Below, piece by piece: positions 1 to 10,686 of a DNA stretch of 41,446 nucleotides. Within the stretch, counting starts at the first letter, position 1. Every line of letters starts with the position of its first letter. Source of the stretch: Nemertoderma westbladi. Lineage: Eukaryota; Animalia; Xenacoelomorpha. The notes under the pieces were generated by a model, which was given only the letters and a program-made list of their open reading frames with translations, was not told the origin of the DNA and did no database searches. The position numbers and the translations under genes are program-made. The stretch is from contig JAUCBJ010002668.1 in NCBI GenBank assembly GCA_032718475.1, positions 1-41,446 of the forward strand. Reading direction: 5' to 3'.

Positions 1-67
1 CCATCGATATGTTATGTTGGACAATACCTTTATACCGGTACATTGTTTGGTGTATTTGTTATTGTTT

Positions 68-975
68 TTACATAATGTATAAATAAAATCTACAAAACAA
101 CCTGCCAATAATGTACGTTATAGGCATCATGACATTGTTGTCGACAAACCAACCCAATGCCATTGCTGTAAGCTTGTTATCTCTCCAGTTCTGCACCTGG
201 TGATACACTCTGAGACTGTGGAACTTGGATGAAGATGCTGTTGGGGGTAGGCAACATGGCTGGACTACAGTATAATTTGATGAGGTCTCCACATTTGTGA
301 TGACCACAAATTTACGTAGCCTGACATCATTAATAGTCTCACCAGCATGGTCTTTGTAAATTTGAACCAGGGCTTTCTCTCCCGCTTTTATAATTTCCTC
401 TTTAGTGGACCCATAATTTAGAAATATTTTGGCCTGTAATACGAAGTCATTATCGCTTTTAATTAAACACAGAGCTCGTTTTATCCCAATTCCATATAGT
501 CCAGAAGTTGTATCACAACCTAATAGAGTATATGAAAAATATATTTTCACAAACGATAGAGGCAAGTAAAGACCGAGTTAGAACAATGTCGCAGTGCTGA
601 CTTTGTTTTTGAGATGTCTTTTTAGGTTCAGGCTTGAGATAAACCTTATATCAACTACATTATTACAATGGTATATGAGTAACACTAGGATGTCAGTATC
701 ATCACCAATAACAACAGTATCATTATTTGCTGCTGAAGAAATCGCCATCTGGGCGATAGTTACATCAGCTTCAGCATAAATTATAGTGCATCCCATTTGT
801 GTGAGGTTTTCACCAAGTATTATGTATAAATGCATCTTTATTATGCTTATTAGATAAAAATTCCCCTTTCTTCATTTGTAATTTCATGTCTCCTGCAAAA
901 TATACAGTTGATCCCTTCCACCCACCACTTCGTTTAAGATGTGTGCAGTCCTTTGTAGTTGGAAACTACCCGTTG
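68..975 (-). pseudogene. Frameshifted XPG/PIN-like nuclease fragment of the Academ-type transposon protein
   Basis: Motifs across frames: PTTKDCTHLKR...EFLSNKHNK (~840-960), EADVTIAQMA...VVIGDDTDILVLL (578-835), LLGCDTTSGLYGIG and LPPTASSSKFHSLRVYHQVQNW..GW (68-565). At least two frameshifts; no DDE domain and no Cys-rich tail seen. Confidence 0.7.
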
Positions 976-2165
976 GTTGCTAAGGTAACTCGCAGTTGCT
1001 ATACACAATTAAACGTTGTCAAGGAGAACTTACTACTGTTATTTAAACTTCACAGCTCAATAAAAAACATGTTATCACTATAAAACGCGATGTTGGTACA
1101 AAAAGACCCCGGTTGCTAAGGAAAACTTTCGTTGCTAAGTACGCTATGGTCATTCGAATATAATTTTGTAATTTTCTACAGCATCTCATGCTACAAAATA
1201 CTGAAATGTACATTAAACCGAATTTTGAGTATTTTTAATAAGTCACTCCCGAATTAGGATCAAAACTCCCGTTGCTATGGTCAAAATTCAAGACTTTGTT
1301 AATTATAATAACTGTTGCAGACTCCACACAATTTTTTTTCAATAATCTTTAATATGATTAACTTCCAATGTCAATAAAATAACAAATACGTTACTATAAC
1401 TACATAAATACTAAAATATGCCCGTTGCTATGGTAACAACAGAATAATGACTTCGCTTGTGATCATGAATGTTGACTATGTAACATATCGATATGCATCT
1501 GAAGAACATATAAAGTGTTTCTGATGGAATTTTCACATATTAAATAATATTTTTGGTTGCCATGGCAACAAGAAATGACATGATTGGCTGGCAAATTATG
1601 GTCTGAACATAGCAACATGTGAGATACTTGATCCTGAATTGGTTTCTTTTTAAAATGATAGTAACCATATTTAAACTGAAGAAACATTATAGGTAATATT
1701 ATTTTCTTATTACCTAGGTTACAGGCCAACTACTATTCCACTTCAACGCCGAATCTAGAAAAAAACAATTATGCTTAAGGACAATATTATTACAGAGTTT
1801 CCTAATTTTGCAACAATGGGAACACGCAATACGGATACGTTTCCAAAATTTCGTAAATTTACCGTACAATTAATTTCGACGATGTATTTCTCACAGTTGT
1901 CATGGTAACCGGGTTTCAAAACGTGCCCCATCGGATTCTCCGATAGTGATTTGGGTGGGGTAGGTCAAGGTTATAATTCCGTAGGATTATAGGAAATAGG
2001 TGATTTATGTTTGGCGTTCTGTTGCCATGGTGAAATGGTCTATTTAACCAAGTTCCAACATCCCGATTTTGGATATGTTGATAAGCATAAAATTTGGATC
2101 TAGAAAATATTAAATTAAATTCTGTTGCAATTTGTCCGAGGTTGAGTCCTATTTTGACTGGACTA
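68..2165 (-). mobile_element. Internally deleted Academ-like (AcademX) DNA transposon remnant; one terminus at 2165
   Basis: The minus strand begins TAGTCCAGTCAAAATAGGACTCAACCTCGGACAAATTGC at 2165, consistent with the TAG..CTA termini I recall for Academ. It is followed by ~1.2 kb non-coding DNA with repeated GTTGCYAWGG motifs, then a broken XPG/PIN-like coding region. The other end is not visible. Confidence 0.6.
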
Positions 2166-2398
2166 TAACTGATCTATAGCCGGAAGATTTCATATACATT
2201 AGATTATGGCCTTTCTATACATATTTATCACATGTTAAATGACTCCAACACACAACTCTAATAAACAGTGTAATCTACAGTTCCGCTCAACAAAATCATT
2301 TATTTTACGTTAATAACACAATATTATTATAAACTATAAGTTTAGGAAACAATTATTTAAAATAAAATTAAACAAATATTACGACATACGCAACTCAC

Positions 2399-2664
2399 GA
2401 CATATTCTCTCCTGACTTGAGACTAAGTTTAGACTCCGCGGTTGAGTGGGGTACTGCAGAGAGTCTGCTAGTTGCGGCATTGACGGACTCTTGGACGCAT
2501 CTAGTTGTATCGGTGGGACGGAGGCGAGTCTATTGGGGGCGCAGTAGAGCGGAAGGCTGTAGCTGCTGTCATTGGAGGATACGCTTTGTGTGAGGAGAGA
2601 GAAAGAGCTGTTGGGGGAGTACCGGAATCTGGTGCCACCAGGACCGCTCGCACTACTGGCGAAA
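2399..2664 (-). CDS. FNIP1: Internal exon of FNIP-like gene (Ser-rich segment FASSASGPGGTRFRYSPNSSFSLLTQSVSS...ERIC)
   Basis: Acceptor tctgttatag| at 2665, donor |GTGAGT at 2398, 266-nt stop-free GC-richer block. Phase matches the 3368-3537 exon (AG+T=Ser). The SPNSS motif resembles the FNIP Ser-rich region. Confidence 0.65.
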
Positions 2665-3367
2665 CTATAACAGATAAATAATTAATTTATTCGGGTTATA
2701 AGGACATAATTCGATGTATAAAACGCCAAATTTACAATATACGCCCAAGGAATTACACTGTTGTCAATACAATACACACACATCATAGTATATCAATATA
2801 GTATTTTTGTTTTGATTCACTTTAAAATGTGTTTTACTAAAAAAAAAAGAGAAAATTAAATACATTATTCTATTCTAGTTTAAAGTAAATTTTGCTATAA
2901 GTAAAAAGGGTTTTAAGACGTTTTTTTAATGATCTGATGTGAGTTATTCACATATAGATAAACGTCGATGGATTTGGACGAATTGGAGTTTACGTATTGG
3001 TTTCTTCGCCAAACCATAGTAGAGGGCCGCGGGGCGCACCAGTAACCTTGTCCTTGATCATTATGTAGTTCTTATCCATTCGGAAACATCTACAAGGTAA
3101 TTCTCCTCAGTAACTTGTACTGAAATGTACAAATCCGACGATATTATTTTGTTGGCAGTGCACTTACTAATGCAGTGAGTCGACTCTCGTCGTCTCGACA
3201 ACATCTAAATGAGTTGGATGCGAAGGCCCGAATACTTCAGCCGTTGTAGTTCAGCACTTTTAGCTAACTAATTATTTTACTTATTAAAAGACCCTATGAC
3301 AACACGGTACCTTTTCATACCATGAGGAGCCTGAGCCGTGTGCTGGTGGTCGGAGCGTCGAACGTAC

Positions 3368-3537
3368 CTGGAGTCTCCGAGTCGATGATTGGTAGTGGGC
3401 ACAACTCTGCTAAGCATTATTTGATTGGTCGGCGAACCAATTAAGTGGAGTTTCGTTCCGGGACCCTTGTAGGCTAGGGGGACCGAACCAAATACCATCT
3501 CAGACAGAATCTTTGTGTCCGGTTTGGGTCGAATCGA
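3368..3537 (-). CDS. FNIP1: Internal exon of folliculin-interacting protein (FNIP1/2-like), N-terminal domain
   Basis: Acceptor ttttttctcttctag|, donor |GTACGT. Translation SIRPKPDTKILSEMVFGSVPLAYKGPGTKLHLIGSPTNQIMLSRV matches the FNIP signature as I recall it (D..[35 protein letters not shown]). Confidence 0.85.
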
Positions 3538-4894
3538 CTAGAAGAGAAAAAATGTAACATTATAGCTATCAAATAGTAAGATGACAAAGAAACTAGAGTG
3601 CAGCTTATTAAATCGCACGGTGGGTATGGCGGTAATATATTATAAATGAATAAATACCCATATTATTATTACCGCAGCACCGCAAGGGCTATCAAAAATT
3701 AATTGGGCAAACAATTAATTGCAATTAATTGACCTGATTGCTGGTTTCAAAAAATAATTCGATAATTGATTTGAGTGGACGCAATTAATTGGATAATTGA
3801 TGGGAGACAGACGCAATTAATTGTATAATTTATTGCTCTGGAAGCAATTTTCCAATTAATTGCCGTCCATTTGTCCCTCGCCCAACCCAATCCAATTATT
3901 ATCTATCAATTCTACAGTAGAAAGTTAGCCAGCGCCCAGCCTTGCAGGTTGCAGCATCAGCGTTCATTTCAGTTATCTTGTTACCGGCACCGGTACAGTG
4001 GTAGTTTGAGCGAGATACTTGACAGAAAGAAGCAAGTTAGTAACTCTCGGTAATTAGTAATGTCCCATTATGATTTTTAATCTTCTGGTCAGTACAGCAG
4101 TATAATGATTGTTCAGTATGCTGGTATGGACTGTAATATAAACCGTTGATATATTATTGATATTGAATAATAATAATCATAATATAATCATAATATAATC
4201 ATAATAAAGAAATTATGTAAATATTAGGCCTATATCTTCAACTTTTTAAAAATAATTGGAAATTAATTGCAATTAATTGAATAATTGATTTTGTGAATTC
4301 ACAATTACAATTAATGAATTAATAATTAAAATAAATTAATAATTGAATTAATTAATACAATTGATTAGTTCAAGACTTTAATTGCCATTAATTGATTGAT
4401 ATCATTTCCAATTGCTAATTGCAGAATAGATTGATAGCATGCAATTAAGGGGGGTACACCATTTTGGTCCAAAATATGTCGATTGTGTTGTTGATCGTGT
4501 TTTATGGTATATTATAATTGAATGGTGTTTCCAAATCTGAAAACCGCTATTTAATAGCTCTTTTACTTTTCAAGTTATGTAAATTTCCATTTAGGGAATC
4601 CTATTGAAATTACTATTACTATGTATAATGAAAGGTCGATTATCTCCAAATATTTTTTTCATGAAATTGTCAACTTCAAAACCCTACTACTTCTACAATT
4701 TTTGAGTAATTAGTCTGAAACTTCCTGTGGGTGTCTAGATAGCCACCCTGCATAAAAGTATCAGGCAACTTTTCGAAATTTTTTGTTAATAAAATTTAAT
4801 ACTATTTATAAAAAACCTAAAAATTAGCATAAATTTGCAGCGCCACCTAGCGGTGCAGAATTATTTTAACAAAATTTCGCCTGATAGTTATGTT

Positions 4895-7247
4895 ACTACT
4901 ACTAGGATCGGCATGCTGCATTGTAGCTGCATTTTTAAGAATGCTGTGCCGGCTTGTCAACAAAATTGCACCGCCACAACTCCCTATCACCCATGACATT
5001 TGCTAGATCATCCGCATCTTTAAGGCCAGTGTCCTTTAAGATGCGTCTCAAGAAAGTCATGGGCTGTCCACCATGCTTATTCACTCCATGAGGCAGCCAA
5101 AGTACAAGATTATGCACTGGCTGGTCCTCACGGCGAAAGCAATGTCCTGCAAAGCGGAGGCGATTTTGTTCTAGTGTCAAGCTTGGGGGAACCAATGAGA
5201 CACCTCCAATGTTATATAGTGTCTGGTTGGAGATGTGTGCATTGTACTTGACACAATGAACCCGGCGTAGCATTCTTGTGAATGTGCCATCCAGAGATTT
5301 GGTGTCCTCAGCAGTTAGAGCCCAGCATGGACTCCCGTAGAGGAGTACTGGAACTACTGCTGCTCTAAATAATCGGACCTTAAGTTTCCGATTAATTCTC
5401 GGTGACTTCCAAATCCTGGAAAGCCTATTCAAGGCTGCCCATGCCTTTCCCTTACGTATTCGAAGGTCCTCACCTGACTTCCGGATCCATGATCCCAGGT
5501 AACAGAAGTCGTCCACATGCTCAAGCATACCATCCTTTGAGCTTATGCTCATCCGATCAGAGACTTGCTGAGGACTTTCAAAGTTAACTGTCAAAATTTT
5601 GGTCTTTCTGGAGTTAATAAAAAGACCAACACTAGAAGCAGCATGTTCTAATGAGCTGAGGAGCCGTTGGGCTCCCTCTAATGATTCTGAGAGTACTCCT
5701 AAGTCATCAGCAAAGTCTAGATCAGTTAGGTACTTCGCAGGATTTCCTCGACTTCTGGAGCCAGTAGGTGGAGTTATCATCACCCCATCATCATTATGAT
5801 GATCTAAGGACATGCGTAGAACATAGTCAACCACAATAATGAACAAGAATGGTGCAAGTGTGTCTCCTTGGAGGACGCCCCATAACACTTCAAATGGTTC
5901 TGTGTCACCGTCAACAGTAGACACAAATGTTGTCGAACCATCGTATACTGATCTGATTGCTGCAATAATTTTATCTGGAATCCCCATTTAATGAAAGTAT
6001 GCTGAACATACGTGAGCGAGAGACTGAATCAAAGGCCTTGAAGAAGTCAACAAAGATAACAGCCAGATGCCTGTCTTTCTTTTTTGATAATTCTTCAATT
6101 ATCCTTCTAAGTGCAAAAATGGGCTCCATGGTCCCACGACCTTTACGGAACCCATTCTGATTTCCACGGAGCAGTCTCTCAATGGGATCCCTGATGCGAT
6201 TTAATAGAATCCCATTGTATAGCTTTGCAGCAATCGAGATCAATGAGATTCCCCGAAAAGAACCATAGAGTGTTAGGTTGCCCTTCTTGGGAACTGGCAC
6301 CAACTTATTTGTTTTCATTTCTTGTGGGACTCTTGTTGTTCGGTACATGTCTACTATGATGGGATAGATGACCTTTAAACACTCAGGTATTTTAAAGACC
6401 TCAGGGGGAACGCCATCTACTCCACTGGCACGATTGGTCTTAATGCTCTTTGCAGCAGCCTTCACTTCCGCAAAGGAGATATCGCCAATGGGAATATCTG
6501 GGAGTACAGACTCAGATACTTTTACTTCTATAAAGTTATCAGGCAATACCCTGTCATTATTGAGGAGCTTTTCAAAGTGGGCTTTCCAACCATTGAGGCG
6601 ATCGGCTGGTGATTCAGCCTTAACCTTGGTGGTTGGTTGGCTTTTCCGCCCAGTAAGCAAATTGATCGATTTCCATGCCTGGGATGATTGCTTGCTGTCG
6701 TCAGCATCATTGATGACATCAACCTGTTGGTTTATTAGCTCCTGTAGATTAACAGAGTACTGCCTATTCAGGGACCTAGATGCAGCCTTAACTGCATTCT
6801 TGGCCGCTGTAGTTTGTTTGAGTCGGAACTCTTTCTGCGCCTTATGAAGGTCATTTCGGCACTTCTGAATTTTGTTGTCAGTCCAGGGGGCCCTTTTCCT
6901 GTTTCGAGGGTATACAGGAACTGTTTCTGCAGCTGCTAACTTAACTGCTTCTGTAAAGGCAGTATAGCCCTCACAGTGATCTGCCGCCTCAGAGGCAAGA
7001 GCCTCATACCTGTTGCTCAGCTGTAGTGTGAAGCTGGATCTCACACTTGGCTGATGCAACAGAGAGGACCAGTCATGCCGCGGCAAGGCAGATTTCGTTG
7101 TTCTGCTAGCACGCAGACTAAGTCTTACCTTGGCCACAATAAGGCAGTGATCACTGGAGAAGGGTCGAAGTGTAAATGCATTACAGTCTTGTATAGAGCT
7201 CCTGTATTTCCTACGAAACAGAATATGGTTAATATAGTTAATATAAT
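4895..7247 (-). mobile_element. 5'-truncated RTE-clade non-LTR retrotransposon with (TAG)n tail and TSD (inner layer)
   Basis: End of APE endonuclease (HILFRRK...SSDHCLIV), RT motifs (PKKG, FRGISL, QNGFR, DFFKAFDSV, GVLQGDTLAP, FADD, YLGS), short 3' UTR ending cctagtagtagt. TSD ATAGTTATGTT at 4884-4894 and 7248-7258. Confidence 0.93.
4935..7230 (-). pseudogene. RTE endonuclease-reverse transcriptase ORF, 5'-truncated, one frameshift near 5987
   Basis: ORFs 5971-7137 and 4935-5987 join into one RT protein across a single frameshift; no start codon or N-terminal endonuclease half. Confidence 0.9.
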
Positions 7248-7628
7248 ATAGTTATGTTGCCCCATCTTTGATCTATCATATAAAAAAACTTTCATGTGAT
7301 TAGGTTCAAAACTGTAAAAGCCTTAGGGTTTTAAGCGCAACCAAGTTTTTTTTATTGTTAACTAGTATTAACAAATATTAAATAGCGGAAAAAAAATTTT
7401 TTGACCTGTCATTTCCAATTTCCAAAAATTTCCAAAAAACATTTCCAAAAAAACATTTTAGCCAAAACCAAACAATTTTGAAATGCTGAGAGTGATAAAT
7501 CGAAGAGTTGTCCGAAAATGGTGTACCCCCCCCCCCCCCCTAAATTGTAATCAATTTTTAATAACCCTTGCTGCAACGGTTTATTGCTTTTAATGGTGTT
7601 GACAATTCTATGATAGTGACAGCGACAG

Positions 7629-8651
7629 ACAAGTGCCTAAAAGGTGCCACCCTGCTCCACCCACAGCGCGGGAAATTAAAATCATTGAAAGACATGTAAT
7701 TTGTACTACTGCTACCTATATTTTGGCGGTAAATTCAAATCTGTTTTAACATTGAATACATGAATAGAGTACGACTAATGTAATTCATTGAATCAGAATA
7801 AATTATTTATTATTGGTTTAACTCACCCATCCGTTATTGTTGTTGTTTTATCTATTCTGGGACTTCGAGCAGCACGTGAACAACTAACTAAACCTGACGT
7901 TAACTAGTCTTGGTCATAGAGCACCACGTGAACAACTAAACTGGCTGGTTAACTAGTCTGGGACTACGAGCAGCACGTGAACAACCAAACCAGCACGTTA
8001 ACTAGTCTGGGACTTCCAGTAGCACGTGAAGAACTATAAGCTGACTGGTTTACTAGTCTGAGACTTCGAGCAAAATTGCAAATTGAGGAGGGGGGGGGGG
8101 GGGGGGGGATTTGGCTTAACTTAGCAGTAAAATGTAAAAGAACATTTATAATTTGCTTGTATCAGTTATGATTACATCAGAACATTATAATTATAACAAT
8201 ATAGCAGGGATCTGATAGTAAAATATATCGCAGGTAGGCCTACTGTAATAACAACAGATAATGCTTCTGCCTATACTGCTATATCTGTCCCAGACATGTA
8301 CCAGACTAGTTAACTAGTCAGTTTAGTTGCTCACGTGGTGCTCGAAGCCCCAGGCTAGTTAACGTGCTGGTGTAGTTGTTCACGTGCTGCTTGAAGTCCC
8401 AGAATAGATAAATCAAACATTAACGGCTGAACGGATGAGTGAGTTAAACCGATAAGAATAATTTATTCTGATTTAATGAATTACATTAGTCTTACTCTAT
8501 TCATGTGTTCAATATTAAAACAGATTTTAATTTACCGCCAATATATAGGTGGCAGATCTGATCTGCCACCCTTTCCAGTACAAATAACATGTCTTTCAAT
8601 CATTTGAATTTCCCGCGCTATGGAGCAGGGTGGCACCTTTTAGGGACTTGT
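7629..8651. mobile_element. Foldback/Mutator-like non-autonomous element with long TIRs and a 9-bp TSD
   Basis: ACAAGTGCCTAAAAGGTGCCACCCTGCTCCA ... TGGAGCAGGGTGGCACCTTTTAGGGACTTGT. The arms pair over roughly 350 bp and contain ~50-60-bp tandem units (gggacttcgagcagcacgtgaacaact). Flanked by CAGCGACAG at 7620-7628 and 8652-8660. Confidence 0.85.
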
Positions 8652-9303
8652 CAGCGACAGTGTCTGAGTGACAGTCAGACAGTAGAGTAATCTCAATCTC
8701 GAGTTAAATACAATACATAATAAGCGGAATAAGCCTAACTGCCTAACTGTAATAGGCAAGGCTGCAAGGATAGACAGACCCTATGAAATGTCTGTACGGC
8801 AGTCAGGCAGTACGGTACGGTACGGTCTGACGGTACATACAGCAATACCAGACTGCCTGAATTGTTGTAGTTAGGTATTACAGTATTTATTACTGTATAA
8901 GGCTGTTAGGCCTACAGTACTGCATACTGCAGTTGGCCTATTCCTATTACAACAGTACAGGTACTGCAGTGTTACAGTAGGCCTATTACAGTATTAATTC
9001 TGTAATTATGATATAATAATAATACCGGTATATCATTTACCATTTACGTGATATTATCAGGTAAATAGAGACCCTGTCAGCCTGTTTCAGTGTTTGCTGT
9101 TCGTTTTCTGGTTTTTATAGCATGTTCATGTACATTGCAGCATTGTATATCAGTCTGTCAGTATATATACAGATAAACTGATATACTGATATAGGCAGTA
9201 TAGGTGTTGTACAGTGTACACTGCAGCACTGGTGCAGGATAGCTGGTTGCCTGGCTGTCTGGTTATTTCTGTATTTCATATATTTCTGTATTTACCCGTA
9301 GTT

Positions 9304-10686
9304 ATGGCGACCCCCAACAGCGCGACCACCGCTAGCGGACGATCTCCCTGCTCCAACTGTTCCTCCCTGCAGTCCCACTACATGATCCAATGCGCGGACG
9401 CGGAATGCTCCAACCCAACGATGCGACTGTGTACTGGCTGCTTCGCTGGCGGCGCAGAACTACATCGCCACAAACGCGATCACGATTACATAGTGATCGA
9501 CAACGGGGCATTCTTCCCGGTGTTCGACGTGAACGGATGGACAGCGGGACAGGAACTAGACCTTCTCGACATTGTGGAACATTGCGGCTACGGAAACTGG
9601 GAACAAATCGGGAAACATTTCCCAGACTTTACCCCGGAGCAGATCCGCGCCCACTTCCAGTCCGTCTACATAGACGGTCCATTCGGGGACCTTATGGTAT
9701 CCAAGGAGACGCCGGGGGAAGACTTGGTTGCTCCGGTAACTCCGTGGTCTTCTAATCTACCCAACTCTATTAAGGACCACACTCTCCCGATCCGGTCCTC
9801 CACAACAACTCAACCCTCCGGTTTAACTTCTTCCCAGATACAAACTCCTCCCTCAGCCTCCTGGCGGACTCCGCCCCACCCCGCCACACACGCCACCGAA
9901 ACCGCCACAATCCCGCCCCCCAACCCCGGGTGTCTCTCGCTACCGGTAGCCAAGGCCCTGGCCTGGCAACCACTGCGGGGCGACTTTGAACGAGAATTCT
10001 GCAACGACGCGGAACGATTAATCAACTCCGTCGGGGTCCGTTCAGACGACGCCGAGTCCGACGTCGCTATTAAGTTGGCTCTGGTCGATATGTACCTTCG
10101 GAAACTGCGAGATCGCGAGAAACGGAAACACGTGGTTTCAGCCTACGGACTAGCCGAAAGCAGTTCGGCCTCGGGGGAAGTCTCCATCCAACTGGATGGG
10201 GTACCGGCTCCTAATCATTTACGATTCCTCGCGCAAATACTGAACCCTAACGAATTCTCGGAAATCTTACAACTTCTAGAAAAAGAGAAAAAACTCGCGA
10301 CTCAAATCGAGAAAACTTCTAAATCCTATTTGGAGAAGGAAGGAATCAGTGATAGTTACGGTAAAGAAAAACGGAAAGCGAAAAGTAAACTAATCCTGTC
10401 CGTTAAGAAAGGAGCGTCTGTTACTAAGGAAGGCCTTGTCGATGACTCATCGTTGTTAGGGAAGGATGACGCGTTACTAGGGAGGGATGAGTTGGCGTTC
10501 TGTGAGTCTATGTGTTGGGACTCCGCGTACTACTTTATGGTAAAGGCAGTAGCGTTACGGGAGTTAGGGGCGGACGCAGATTGTAAGGTCGGCTTGTATA
10601 AACTGAGACAAAGCTGCGCCCTGGGCCGCACAGAGTCGGGGAATCTTGTTCGGTTCCTAACTAATGCTGGTTGGTTACACCACTGA
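9304..10686 (+). CDS. TADA2B: Transcriptional adapter 2-beta-like (SAGA HAT module), 460 aa, single coding exon
   Basis: ZZ finger (CSNC...CADAEC...LCTGCFAGGAELHRHKRDHDY), SANT (WTAGQELDLLDIVEHCGYGNW), ADA box PLRGDFEREFCNDAE, LKxAxVDMYxRKL-like IKLALVDMYLRKLRDREKRK, C-terminal FLTNAGW. First ATG is 9304, just after a likely 5'-UTR acceptor (ttacccgtag|tt); the track's 9214 start is a GTG. Confidence 0.92.
   Translation: MATPNSATTASGRSPCSNCSSLQSHYMIQCADAECSNPTMRLCTGCFAGGAELHRHKRDHDYIVIDNGAFFPVFDVNGWTAGQELDLLDIVEHCGYGNWEQIGKHFPDFTPEQIRAHFQSVYIDGPFGDLMVSKETPGEDLVAPVTPWSSNLPNSIKDHTLPIRSSTTTQPSGLTSSQIQTPPSASWRTPPHPATHATETATIPPPNPGCLSLPVAKALAWQPLRGDFEREFCNDAERLINSVGVRSDDAESDVAIKLALVDMYLRKLRDREKRKHVVSAYGLAESSSASGEVSIQLDGVPAPNHLRFLAQILNPNEFSEILQLLEKEKKLATQIEKTSKSYLEKEGISDSYGKEKRKAKSKLILSVKKGASVTKEGLVDDSSLLGKDDALLGRDELAFCESMCWDSAYYFMVKAVALRELGADADCKVGLYKLRQSCALGRTESGNLVRFLTNAGWLHH

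Larger units (their letters stand above)
4449..7540. mobile_element. TTAA-targeting Kolobok-like non-autonomous element (middle layer of the nest)
   Basis: TTAA|GGGGGGTACACCATTTT ... AAAATGGTGTACCCC(C)n|TAAA. Removing it restores a caattaattg unit of the outer element. Confidence 0.7.
3683..7570. mobile_element. hAT-like non-autonomous element (outer layer of a nest) with CAATTAATTG subterminal repeats
   Basis: TIRs CAAGGGCTATCAAAAATTAATT (3683) and reverse-complement CAAGGGTTATTAAAAATTGATT (ends 7570); degenerate 8-bp flanks cagcaccg / ctgcaacg. Confidence 0.7.

Noticed and set aside
2958-3045. GAPDH-like peptide VDGFGRIG on the plus strand
   Set aside because: Only a few residues match and nothing convincing follows; chance or too decayed to call.
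5402-7251. Plus-strand ORFs over the RTE
   Set aside because: Antisense shadows of the RT ORF.
9214-9303. N-terminal extension of TADA2B in the ORF track
   Set aside because: Starts at GTG and has intron-like composition ending in a 3' splice site; ATG 9304 is the plausible start.
9390-10025. Alternative-frame and antisense ORFs within TADA2B (also 38796-39080 in ELP5)
   Set aside because: Expected by-products of GC-richer coding sequence.
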